Shown: positions 16,791 through 25,319 of the stretch, piece after piece
Position numbering within the stretch: the first letter of the stretch is position 1
Layout: each line of letters begins with the position of its first letter
Assembly: GCA_964641215.1 (NCBI GenBank)
Contig: CAZXKD010000003.1
Coordinates: 1-46,591 of the forward strand
Length of the DNA stretch: 46,591 bases
Direction of reading: 5' to 3'
Source of the DNA: an uncultured Gemmatimonadaceae bacterium
Lineage (GTDB): Bacteria > Gemmatimonadota > Gemmatimonadetes > Gemmatimonadales > GWC2-71-9
Notes under the pieces: generated by a model
What the model saw: only the letters and a program-made list of their open reading frames with translations
What the model was told of the DNA's origin: nothing
Database searches by the model: none
Position numbers and translations under genes: made by a program

Positions 16791-17341
16791 CCACGCTCGC
16801 GGAGCACCTCAAGCAGGCGAAACAGGCGATGGACAAGTCGGTGGAGGCGGTGAAGCGCGAATTCGCCACCGTGCGCACCGGGAAGGCCACCACGTCGCTG
16901 CTCGACCTCGTGCGCGTCGAGGCCTATGGCAGCGAGATGCCCCTCAACCAGGTGGCGAGCGTTGCCGCCCCGGAGCCCAAGCTCCTGACCATTCAGCCCT
17001 GGGACAAGAGCCTCGTCAAGGCGGTCGAGAAGGCGATCCTGGCCTCCGATCTGGGACTCACGCCCTCCAACGACGGCAACCTCATCCGCATTCCTCTGCC
17101 GCCGCTCACGGAGGAGCGCCGCAGGGAGCTGGTGAAGGTCGTGCACAAATTCGCCGAAGAGGGGCGTGTCGGCGTGCGCCGCGCCCGCACGGAGGCGATC
17201 ACCAAGATCAAGAAAACCGAGCACGTCTCTCAAGACGACCAGAAGCATGCCGAGAAGGAGGCGCAGAAGCTGCACGACGATCATCTGAAGCTCGTGGAAG
17301 AGCTGGTCAAAGCCAAAGAGGCGGAGATCATGGAGGTCTGA
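16787..17341 (+). CDS. frr: ribosome recycling factor
   Basis: ATGA overlap with pyr[29 protein letters not shown] and the coiled-coil tail are present. Confidence 0.95.
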   Translation: MTTLAEHLKQAKQAMDKSVEAVKREFATVRTGKATTSLLDLVRVEAYGSEMPLNQVASVAAPEPKLLTIQPWDKSLVKAVEKAILASDLGLTPSNDGNLIRIPLPPLTEERRRELVKVVHKFAEEGRVGVRRARTEAITKIKKTEHVSQDDQKHAEKEAQKLHDDHLKLVEELVKAKEAEIMEV

Positions 17342-17342
17342 C

Positions 17343-18083
17343 GTGGGCGACGACCTCCTCGCCAAGATCCGGTTGGGGGGCGCGGTGCCGCGCCACGTCG
17401 CCATCATCATGGATGGCAACGGGCGCTGGGCGCGCGAGCGGCACCTGCCGCGCCCCCTGGGGCATCGCGCCGGGATGAACGCGGTGCGCGAAGTCGTGGA
17501 AGGGGCGATCGAGGCCGGTCTGGAGGTGCTCACGTTGTTCGCCTTCTCCGAGGAGAACTGGCAGCGACCCCCGACGGAGATTTCGGCCCTGATGGACCTG
17601 CTGGAGGAGTACATCGCGCGGGAGGTGGAGGAGTTGCGCGAGCAGGGAGTGCGCGTGCACGTGCTGGGCGACCGCGCCCGCCTGGCACCCGGCGCGCGGG
17701 CGGCGGTCGAGCGCGTCGAGCGCGATACGGGGAATGGCACGCGCCTCTCCCTCAACCTGTGTATCTCCTATTCGTCGCGCGCCGAGATCGCCCGGGCGGC
17801 GCGGCTGCTGGCCGAGCAGGTGCTCAAGGGCGTCACGAAGCTCGAGGCCATCGACGAGGCGGCGCTGCAAGAGCAGCTGTACACGGCCCCCTGGCGCGAC
17901 CCCGATCTGCTGATCCGCACCTCCGGTGAACAACGCCTCTCCAATTTCCTGCTGTGGCAGTTGGCCTACACCGAGCTCCACATTACGCCCGTGCTGTGGC
18001 CGGACTTCACCCGTCGTGAGCTGTTCGAGGCCATCCTCGACTACCAGCGGCGTGAGCGGCGCTTCGGCAAAGTCACCGCGTAA
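17343..18083 (+). CDS. uppS: undecaprenyl diphosphate synthase (cis-prenyltransferase)
   Basis: HVAIIMDGNGRWA, GH..G, TLFAFSEENW.RP, DLLIRTSGEQRLSNFLLWQ.AY.EL and ERRFG are present. Confidence 0.93.
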   Translation: MGDDLLAKIRLGGAVPRHVAIIMDGNGRWARERHLPRPLGHRAGMNAVREVVEGAIEAGLEVLTLFAFSEENWQRPPTEISALMDLLEEYIAREVEELREQGVRVHVLGDRARLAPGARAAVERVERDTGNGTRLSLNLCISYSSRAEIARAARLLAEQVLKGVTKLEAIDEAALQEQLYTAPWRDPDLLIRTSGEQRLSNFLLWQLAYTELHITPVLWPDFTRRELFEAILDYQRRERRFGKVTA

Positions 18084-18958
18084 TGACCTCCAACCTGGGG
18101 CAGCGCGTCGCCGTCTCGGCGATTGCCATTCCGTTGGCGGTGGGCCTCATCCGGCTGGGCGGCTGGCCGCTCGCTGCGGCCATCGCCGTCCTGGGCGTCC
18201 TCGGCACGCGGGAGGTCTACGGCCTCGCGCGGCGTCAGGGCATCGAGGCGCTGCCGCTGGCGGGCTACGGTGCCGCCGCGGCCATCCCGCTCGCCGCGCT
18301 CTGGGCCCAGGGCTCTCCGCGCCAGTGGGCGGAGCCCGCGCTGTACGCCGGCGCCGTCTGGCTGATGGTGGTGCTGGTCACCGCCATGGCGCGCGGGCCG
18401 GGCGCGCGCCCGCTCAGTGCCGTGGCCATCACGATCTTCGGGGCGCTGTACGCATCGGGGCTGCTGTCGTTCCTGCTCGCGATTCGGCATGGGAAGGGAG
18501 GGGCCGGAGGGAACGACGGGGTCGCCGCCGCGTGGCCTGCTACCTGGCTGGTGCTGCTCCCGCTCGGGCTCACCTGGATCGGGGACACGTGCGCCATGGC
18601 CGCCGGAACGCTGCTGGGCGGCCCCAAGCTCGCGCCGGTGCTGTCCCCCAGGAAGACGTGGGCCGGGGCGATCGGGGGCACTGTGGGAGGGCTGGCCGCG
18701 GCATTGCTCATCGGACGGCTGATTCTGCCGCGCGTCGGCGTGCACCTGGCGGTGTGGCAGCTGGCCACGGTGGGCGGGATCCTGGCGGTCGCGGGGCAGG
18801 TGGGAGACGTCGCCGAGTCGTTGCTCAAGCGCGAGGCGGGCGTAAAGGACTCCTCCACATTGATCCCCGGCCACGGGGGGGTGCTGGACCGACTGGACTC
18901 GCTCTACTTCGTGCTCCCCTCGGCTGCCGGCCTGTACAAGCTGCTGGGGATCGTATGA
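18083..18958 (+). CDS. cdsA: phosphatidate cytidylyltransferase
   Basis: The ATG shares one nt with the uppS TAA. It is multi-TM. The C-terminal signature SP.KTW.G..GG......, S..KR..GVKDSS.LIPGHGGVLDR.DS is present. Confidence 0.88.
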   Translation: MTSNLGQRVAVSAIAIPLAVGLIRLGGWPLAAAIAVLGVLGTREVYGLARRQGIEALPLAGYGAAAAIPLAALWAQGSPRQWAEPALYAGAVWLMVVLVTAMARGPGARPLSAVAITIFGALYASGLLSFLLAIRHGKGGAGGNDGVAAAWPATWLVLLPLGLTWIGDTCAMAAGTLLGGPKLAPVLSPRKTWAGAIGGTVGGLAAALLIGRLILPRVGVHLAVWQLATVGGILAVAGQVGDVAESLLKREAGVKDSSTLIPGHGGVLDRLDSLYFVLPSAAGLYKLLGIV

Positions 18959-20088
18959 GCGTCGGCGTCGCCGTGCTCGGCTCGACCGGCTCCATCGGCT
19001 GCTCCACGCTGCAGGTGCTCGCCCGGCAGCGGCAACGATTCCACGTTGTCGCCCTCACGGCGCACTCCAACCGGGACCTGCTCGCCCGCCAGGCGGACGA
19101 GTGGCAGCCCGCCTACGTCGGACTCGTCAATGACGGGGCTCGGGGCTCGGGGCTCGAAGCTCGGGGCTCGGGCGTCGGCTGCCTCGTGGAGGCGGCGACG
19201 CATCCCGACGCGCGCATCGTCGTGAACGGGATCGTCGGCGCGGCCGGGCTCGAGGCGACGCTCGCCGCCCTGCGGGCCGGCAAGCGCGTGGCGCTTGCCA
19301 ACAAGGAGACGCTCGTCATGGCGGGCGAGCTGGTGACACGCGCCGCGCGGGACGGCGGCGGCGAGATCGTCCCAGTGGACTCCGAGCACAGCGCCGTGCT
19401 GCAGTGCGTCGCCGGCCGGCGGCCCGTCGAGCTGTCGCGCCTCATCTTGACGGCGTCCGGCGGGCCATTCCGCACCTGGACGCCGGCGCGCGTCTCGGAC
19501 GCCACCGTCGAGGAGGCGTTGCGCCACCCCACCTGGAAGATGGGCAGGAAAATCACGGTGGATTCCGCGACGCTCGTCAACAAGGCGCTCGAGGTGATCG
19601 AAGCCCACTTCCTTTTCGGCATCGAGTACGACCAGGTGGAGGTCGTGGTGCACCCCCAGTCCATCGTGCACGCCTTCTGCGAATTCGTGGACGGCTCGGT
19701 GCTGGCGCAGGTTGGCTTCCCGACTATGGAGCTTCCCATCCTGTACGCGTTGACGCACCCCGAGCGGGTGCCCGACTCCGGGACGCGGCGCTTCGACCCT
19801 GTGGCGGTGGGCAGCCTGACGTTCGAGGCGGTCTCGGCGGAACTGTTCCCCGCCTATGCGTTGGGTCGGGCCGCGGCGCGCGCTGGCGGCACCGGCCCGG
19901 CCGTGTTCAACGCCGCCAACGAGGTCGCCGTGCAGCTGTTCCTGGAGGGCAAGATCCGGTTCGGGCAGGTCGCGGGAATCATCGGGCGCGCGCTCGACGG
20001 GCACCGGTCCGGCGACGCCGCGACCTTGGACGGGGTGCTCGCCGCCGACGCCGAAGCGCGGCGGCTGGCGCGGGAGGCCGCGTGCTGA
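18955..20088 (+). CDS. dxr: 1-deoxy-D-xylulose 5-phosphate reductoisomerase
   Basis: ATGA overlap with cdsA. VLGSTGSIGCSTL, IVGAAGL, LANKE.LV, VDSEHSA..QC, LTASGGPF, HP.W.MG.KI.VDSAT..NK.LE.IEA and HPQS.VH are present. Confidence 0.93.
   Translation: MSVGVAVLGSTGSIGCSTLQVLARQRQRFHVVALTAHSNRDLLARQADEWQPAYVGLVNDGARGSGLEARGSGVGCLVEAATHPDARIVVNGIVGAAGLEATLAALRAGKRVALANKETLVMAGELVTRAARDGGGEIVPVDSEHSAVLQCVAGRRPVELSRLILTASGGPFRTWTPARVSDATVEEALRHPTWKMGRKITVDSATLVNKALEVIEAHFLFGIEYDQVEVVVHPQSIVHAFCEFVDGSVLAQVGFPTMELPILYALTHPERVPDSGTRRFDPVAVGSLTFEAVSAELFPAYALGRAAARAGGTGPAVFNAANEVAVQLFLEGKIRFGQVAGIIGRALDGHRSGDAATLDGVLAADAEARRLAREAAC
19135..19176 (+). repeat. heptamer tandem array (GGGGCTC-like) x6 inside dxr
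   Basis: The array reads ggggctc ggggctc ggggctc gaagctc ggggctc gggcgtc, which is 42 nt or exactly 14 codons (GARGSGLEARGSGV). It sits in the variable region before IVGAAGL. Confidence 0.9.
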
Positions 20089-21473
20089 CGATCGTGGCGT
20101 TCCTGGTCGTCATCGGCGTCCTGATCCTGGTGCATGAGTCCGGTCACTTCATCGCCGCGAAGGCCGTCGGCATCCAGGTGCTGCGGTTCTCTCTCGGCTT
20201 CGGGCGTCCGCTGCTGGCCTGGCGACGGGGCGAGACGGAATACTGGATCTCTTGGTTGCCGATCGGCGGCTACGTGAAAATGGCCGGGCTGGAAGACGAG
20301 GGCATGGCCGGCGAGGTCGAAGGCGGCAGATCGGACGTGCCGGTCGACCCCGCCCGGGCCTTCGACCGGCAGCCGTTGTGGGCTCGCGCGGTGGTGCTGC
20401 TGGCCGGCGTCACCATGAACCTCGTGCTCGCATTCCTGGTGTACACAGGGCTCGCCGGCTCGGTGGGTGTGAACCGCACGAACACGACGCAGATCGACAC
20501 CGTCTGGTCCTCGGTCTTGCCCAAGGGAGCCGAGGGGCTGGGCCGGCTGCAACGGGGAGATCGGATCGTCACGATCAACGGGGATTCCGTTCACACCTGG
20601 GAGGAAATCATCGAGAGGCTCGCAACCCAGGCCCCGCCCCTGCGCATTGGGGTCGCGGGGGGACGGTGGGACGGGGGGAGGGAGGGCACGACGCCCATCG
20701 TGCTCGACGTGCCCCGTGAAGAGGGAGCGCGCCTCGCGTTGCTTCACGCGATCGACTATTACTTCCCGGCCCGCATCGAGAGCGTGCAGTCCGGTCTCCC
20801 GGGGGACCGCGGTGGCCTGAAGCCCGGGGACCTGGTCGTGCGGGCCAATACCGACACCATCACGTCCTGGATGCAGTTTACGCGGCTCATCCGACGGAGC
20901 ATTCATCGCCCCGTGGACGTGATGGTCGCGCGCGACCATCGGCCGGTCGTCGCGCGGATCGTGCCGGAGCGGCGGTACGGACCGGACCCTCACACCGGGA
21001 CGGATGGCGCGTACGGCTTCGTGGGCATCGGGCCGGTGACTCCTTCCACGCGTCAGCACTTCGGTGCGATCGGCGCCCTCGAGGAAGGAGCCCGGACGAC
21101 CGTAGGAATGGTCGGGCAAATCGTCTCGATCGTGAAAGGTCTCGTCAGCGGGGAGCTGTCGGTCCGGCAGCTGGGCGGCCCGATCGCCATCGCGCAACAA
21201 TCGGGTCAGGCGGCGCGACTGGGCTGGGAGAGCTTCCTCGTCTTCCTGGCGTTCGTGTCGGTGACTCTCGCGGTGTTGAACCTGCTCCCCATCCCGCTCC
21301 TGGACGGCGGCCAGGTCGTTTTCCTCCTGGCGGAGGCGATCCGCCGCCGGCCGCTGTCGGTGGCGCTGCGGCAGCGTCTGACTCAGGTTGGATTCGTGCT
21401 GATCGTCGGCCTCATGCTCCTGGCGACCTCCAACGATTTGATCCGCCTGTTCAGCAGTGTCTTCAGCCATTAG
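20082..21473 (+). CDS. rseP: RIP metalloprotease RseP (site-2 protease)
   Basis: GTG 20082 overlaps the dxr end by 7 nt. The HESGHF (HExxH) motif lies in TM1. A PDZ-like middle and the C-terminal NLLPIP.LDGG motif are present. Confidence 0.88.
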   Translation: MLTIVAFLVVIGVLILVHESGHFIAAKAVGIQVLRFSLGFGRPLLAWRRGETEYWISWLPIGGYVKMAGLEDEGMAGEVEGGRSDVPVDPARAFDRQPLWARAVVLLAGVTMNLVLAFLVYTGLAGSVGVNRTNTTQIDTVWSSVLPKGAEGLGRLQRGDRIVTINGDSVHTWEEIIERLATQAPPLRIGVAGGRWDGGREGTTPIVLDVPREEGARLALLHAIDYYFPARIESVQSGLPGDRGGLKPGDLVVRANTDTITSWMQFTRLIRRSIHRPVDVMVARDHRPVVARIVPERRYGPDPHTGTDGAYGFVGIGPVTPSTRQHFGAIGALEEGARTTVGMVGQIVSIVKGLVSGELSVRQLGGPIAIAQQSGQAARLGWESFLVFLAFVSVTLAVLNLLPIPLLDGGQVVFLLAEAIRRRPLSVALRQRLTQVGFVLIVGLMLLATSNDLIRLFSSVFSH

Positions 21474-21843
21474 CCTAACCCTCCAGGCTTTCCTGGCCGG
21501 GCGCGTCCCCGCCGAGCGTGTCGTCGCGATGGTGGCGGGGACATACTACCGGGAAACGGGAATCGGGACACGGGAAACGTGGGGGCCGCTGATAGAGGTT
21601 ATCGAGCGAGCTCACCCAGGGATTGTTCAGCTGGCCGGAACCGCGGACCGTCCCGGGTTTGCGGTCCGGCTGGCCGAGCGGCCGTTCCCGAAGGAGTACG
21701 AGCCTGACTTGAAGCGCGCCGCCGCCGCGATTCTGCTGACGCTCGGGGAAGACCGAGGGGAGACGGGAAACGAGAGCCGGCCGATCGGCCTGGTGGGCAG
21801 ACTCTTGGGGAGCGTACGCCGTCTGTTCAGCGCATCAGCTTGA
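21457..21843 (+). CDS. hypothetical small protein
   Basis: The ORF has acceptable GC3. The start is uncertain (GTG 21457 or ATG 21529). It contains the 32-nt GGGAAAC element. I recognise no family. Its 3' end overlaps the convergent kinase gene by 17 nt. Confidence 0.45.
   Translation: MSSAISLTLQAFLAGRVPAERVVAMVAGTYYRETGIGTRETWGPLIEVIERAHPGIVQLAGTADRPGFAVRLAERPFPKEYEPDLKRAAAAILLTLGEDRGETGNESRPIGLVGRLLGSVRRLFSASA
21551..21582 (+). repeat. GGGAAAC-type heptamer x4 + GTGG element (second copy)
   Basis: The element reads gggaaac gggaatc gggacac gggaaac gtgg and encodes RETGIGTRETW. It is paired with 5081..5112. Confidence 0.9.
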
Positions 21844-22822
21844 CCACCAACGCGATCAGGATCACCAGGCCGACGACCACGCCAGCGATCAGCATCCACG
21901 CCGTCCGCGATCGCCGGCGCAACTGGCCCGTGATCGCCAGGTGTTGGTAGGTGGCGATCGGGGCCGCGCCCACCTCGATCGTCGCCCGCCGCTTGTCCGA
22001 GACCTCCTGCAGGTCGGCAAGGAGCTCGTCGGCGACCTTGTAGCGGTCGTCGGGATGCTTGGCCAGGCACTTGAGCACCACCCGCTCGAAGCGCTTGGTC
22101 AGGTCGGACCGCTTCTTGCGCAGCGGCGGCGGGGGATCCTCGACGTGCATCCGGGCCAGCTCGAACCAATCGGTCGACGTGAAGGGCACTTCGCCGGTGG
22201 CCGCTTTGTACAGGGTCACGCCGAGCGCGTAAAAGTCCACTCGCTGGTCCAAGGGGCGACCCTGCGCCTGCTCCGGGGAGAGGTAGTGCGGTGTGCCGAT
22301 CGTCATGTTCACGCCGGTCGAGGCGACGTAGCCGGAGACCGCGCGGGCGATGCCGAAGTCGGTGATCACCGCGCTGCCATCGGAGCGAATCAGGACGTTA
22401 TCGGTCTTCAGGTCGCGGTGGATCACGCCCTGGGCGTGCGCGAAGCCGAGCGCCTGCGCGAGGTCCTGCGCCAGACGAACGATGTCGGCTTCAGGGAGTG
22501 GGCCTTCGCGGGCGATGCGCGCGCCCAGGCTGTCGGCACAGAGATCCATCGCGAAATACACGTTCCCGCCGCTTTTGCCGACGGAGCGGATGTGAATGAT
22601 GTTCGCGTGCTGCAGGTACGCGGCCGTCTCAGCCTCGTTGCGGAACCGCGACTCGAACTGCGGATCGCCGGCGTAGCGCGGTTTCAGCACTTTCACCGCC
22701 ACCGGTGTGCCGTCGGCCTCACGGCCAACGAACACCCAGGCGAAGCCGCCCTGGCCGAGGAGCCGTTCCAGCACGTAGGGGCCAAGCGACTGGCCGACGA
22801 GATCCGTAGGGGCGTGGGTCAC
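21827..22822 (-). CDS. Hanks-type Ser/Thr protein kinase with C-terminal membrane anchor
   Basis: GTG start. GQGGFAWVF, AVKVLK, HRDLKTDNVLI, DFGIARAV and SPEQA are present. A single C-terminal TM (AWMLIAGVVVGLVILIALVV) follows, with no extracytoplasmic domain. Confidence 0.88.
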   Translation of the reverse strand: MTHAPTDLVGQSLGPYVLERLLGQGGFAWVFVGREADGTPVAVKVLKPRYAGDPQFESRFRNEAETAAYLQHANIIHIRSVGKSGGNVYFAMDLCADSLGARIAREGPLPEADIVRLAQDLAQALGFAHAQGVIHRDLKTDNVLIRSDGSAVITDFGIARAVSGYVASTGVNMTIGTPHYLSPEQAQGRPLDQRVDFYALGVTLYKAATGEVPFTSTDWFELARMHVEDPPPPLRKKRSDLTKRFERVVLKCLAKHPDDRYKVADELLADLQEVSDKRRATIEVGAAPIATYQHLAITGQLRRRSRTAWMLIAGVVVGLVILIALVVKLMR

Positions 22823-22830
22823 GAATGGGC

Positions 22831-22859
22831 TTTACAAAGGGTTGGGGTGCCTCTAACTT
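22831..22859 (+). promoter_or_regulatory. candidate sigma70-type promoter for rpsO
   Basis: TTTACA (22831-36), a 17-nt spacer, then TAACTT (22854-59). It lies 34 nt upstream of the rpsO ATG, in the divergent gap with the kinase gene. Confidence 0.4.
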
Positions 22860-22892
22860 ACGCCGCGACTAACGATTAGGGAACTCGGGATC

Positions 22893-23150
22893 ATGTACGA
22901 CAAGACGACGCCGGTTCGGAAGTACGGGCAGCACGACAAGGACACCGGCTCCACGCCGGTCCAGATCGCGCTGCTCACCGAGCGGATCAACAGCCTCACC
23001 GATCACTTCCGGGTGCACGCCAAGGACTACCACGGGCAGCGGGGCTTGCTGAAGATGGTGAGCCAGCGCCGCCGCCTGCTGGAGTATCTGAAGCGGACCG
23101 ACCTGGCACGGTATCGGCAGCTCCTCGACGAGCTGGGACTCCGCCACTAG
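22893..23150 (+). CDS. rpsO: 30S ribosomal protein S15
   Basis: [17 protein letters not shown]...H.KD.H..RGLL.MV..RR.LL.YL is present. Confidence 0.95.
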   Translation: MYDKTTPVRKYGQHDKDTGSTPVQIALLTERINSLTDHFRVHAKDYHGQRGLLKMVSQRRRLLEYLKRTDLARYRQLLDELGLRH

Positions 23151-23170
23151 ATGATCAAGGCGTCGCGCGG

Positions 23171-23210
23171 GGCGCCCCGGGAAGAGCACCGGGGCGCTCG
23201 GCGTGTTTTC
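23171..23210 (+). terminator. rpsO terminator / pnp leader hairpin
   Basis: gcgccccgg (23172-80) pairs with ccggggcgc (23189-97) and is followed by tcggcgtgttttcc. An rpsO-pnp intergenic hairpin is a classic processing/attenuation site. Confidence 0.55.
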
Positions 23211-23233
23211 CTGTGCTCTAGACAGGCAGCAGA

Positions 23234-25312
23234 GTGAAGCACGTCGAACGCACTTTCGCGGGCCGGGCCCTGAAGGTCGAATCGGGCCGACTCGCCAAGC
23301 AGGCAGCCGGGGCCTGCCTGGTCCAGTACGGCGACACCGTGGTGCTGGCGACGGTCACGGTCTCCGACACCCTCAGCACCCTGCCGTTCTTCCCTCTCAC
23401 CGTCGAGTATCGTGAGAAGAGCTACGCCGCCGGGAAGATTCCCGGCGGCTTTCTCAAGCGGGAAGGTCGCCCCTCCGACGAGGAGATCCTCGCGGCGCGG
23501 GTGACGGACCGATCCATTCGCCCGCTCTTTCCCGAGGGATTCAAGAACGAAGTCCAGGTGTTCATTTACGTTCTGTCGGCCGACCAGGAGAACGACGCCG
23601 ATGTCCTCGGCGTGACGGCGGCGTCCGCGGCGCTGTCGATGTCGAAGGTGCCGTGGACCGGTCCGATCGCCGCCGTGCGGGTGGGCCGTGTGGAAGGCGC
23701 GTGGATCCTCAACCCCACCTTCCAGCAGCTCGAGTTCAGCGACGTCGACATGGTGGTGTCCGGCTCGCGCGACTCGATCGTCATGGTGGAGGGCGGGGCA
23801 CTCGAGCTGACCGAGGCGGAGATCGCGCACGGACTCGAGGTCGCCCAGAAAGGCATCCGCGAGCTGCTCGACGCCGAGGAGGAGTTGATCGCCGACATGC
23901 GGCAGCCGAAGATGGAGTGGACGGCCGCCGAGGCGCCGGCGGAGCTCACGGCGCGGGTGAAGGCGCTCGCCGAGCCGCGGGTGGCCGAGGCGCTGAACCT
24001 ACCGGAGAAGGCAGAGCGGGCCCAGGCGCTCGCGGCGCTGAAGGCGACCATCCAGGAGCAGCTCGCGGCCGAATTCCCTGAGAATGTCAAGGACGTGGCG
24101 ACCGCCATAGAGGCGATTGAGTACCGCACGATGCGTGAGCAGGTGCTCGCGCGCGGCGAGCGCGTGGATGGGCGCGACCTCGACACGGTGCGGGCGATCA
24201 GCTCCGAGGTGGGGGTGCTGCCGCGCACGCACGGGTCGGCGCTGTTCACGCGTGGCCAGACCCAGGCGCTGGTGTCGGTGACCCTGGGAACGGTGAGCGA
24301 CGAGCAGCGGATCGACTCGATCGACGTGGCCCAGGAAGTCACGAAGTCGTTCATGCTGCACTACAACTTCCCGCCGTTCTCGACGGGCGAGGTCAAGCCG
24401 ATCCGGGGCACGTCGCGGCGCGAGGTGGGCCACGGGGCGCTGGCCGAGCGGGCGCTGCAGGCCCTGCTCCCGCCCTACGAGCAGTTCCCGTACACCATCC
24501 GCATCGTGTCCGATATCCTCGAGTCGAACGGCTCATCGTCGATGGCGACGGTCTGCGGCGGCTCGCTGGCCCTGTTCGATGCCGGCGTGCCGATGACGGC
24601 CGCCTGCGCCGGCGTAGCCATGGGGCTCATTAAGGAAGGGGACCGAGTGGCGGTGCTCACCGACATCCTGGGCACCGAGGATCATCTGGGGGATATGGAT
24701 TTCAAGGTCGCCGGAACGCGGGCCGGCGTGACCTCGATCCAGATGGACATCAAGATCGAAGGACTCGGTTCGCGCATCATCGGGGAGGCGTTGGAGAAGG
24801 CCAAGGCAGCCCGGCTGCACATCCTCGACATCATGGACAAGGCGATCCCGCAACCACGATCGCAGCTGTCCAAGTACGCGCCGCGCATCATCACGGTCCA
24901 GATCCCCGTCGCCAAGATCGGTGACCTCATTGGGCCCAAGGGGAAGATCATCCGCAGCATCCAGGAGCAGACCGGCGCCGAGATCAACGTGGACGACAAC
25001 GGTCTCGTGACGATCTCCGCGGTGGGCGAAGGGGGCGAACGGGCGCGCGACATCATCGCCGGGATGATCCAGACCCCCGAGGTCGGCAAGGTCTACGAGG
25101 GGGTCGTGAAGAGCACGACCGCCTTCGGGGCCTTCGTCGAGATCCTCCCGGGCGTGGAAGGACTCCTGCACATCTCCGAGCTGCAACACGGTCGCACCGA
25201 ACGCACCGAGGACGTGGTCAAGAAGGGGGATCATGTCCAGGTGAAGCTCCTCGAGGTCGATGAGCGCGGCCGGATGCGGTTGTCCCGGAAGGCGCTGCTC
25301 GAGAAGCGGTAG
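23234..25312 (+). CDS. pnp: polyribonucleotide nucleotidyltransferase (PNPase)
   Basis: It has two RNase PH domains (GR...E.L..R..DR..RPLF; HGSALFTRG.TQ), a KH domain (IG.LIGP.GK.I) and an S1 domain (FGAFVE..PG.EGL.HISE). Confidence 0.95.
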   Translation: MKHVERTFAGRALKVESGRLAKQAAGACLVQYGDTVVLATVTVSDTLSTLPFFPLTVEYREKSYAAGKIPGGFLKREGRPSDEEILAARVTDRSIRPLFPEGFKNEVQVFIYVLSADQENDADVLGVTAASAALSMSKVPWTGPIAAVRVGRVEGAWILNPTFQQLEFSDVDMVVSGSRDSIVMVEGGALELTEAEIAHGLEVAQKGIRELLDAEEELIADMRQPKMEWTAAEAPAELTARVKALAEPRVAEALNLPEKAERAQALAALKATIQEQLAAEFPENVKDVATAIEAIEYRTMREQVLARGERVDGRDLDTVRAISSEVGVLPRTHGSALFTRGQTQALVSVTLGTVSDEQRIDSIDVAQEVTKSFMLHYNFPPFSTGEVKPIRGTSRREVGHGALAERALQALLPPYEQFPYTIRIVSDILESNGSSSMATVCGGSLALFDAGVPMTAACAGVAMGLIKEGDRVAVLTDILGTEDHLGDMDFKVAGTRAGVTSIQMDIKIEGLGSRIIGEALEKAKAARLHILDIMDKAIPQPRSQLSKYAPRIITVQIPVAKIGDLIGPKGKIIRSIQEQTGAEINVDDNGLVTISAVGEGGERARDIIAGMIQTPEVGKVYEGVVKSTTAFGAFVEILPGVEGLLHISELQHGRTERTEDVVKKGDHVQVKLLEVDERGRMRLSRKALLEKR

Positions 25313-25319
25313 CCGGACG

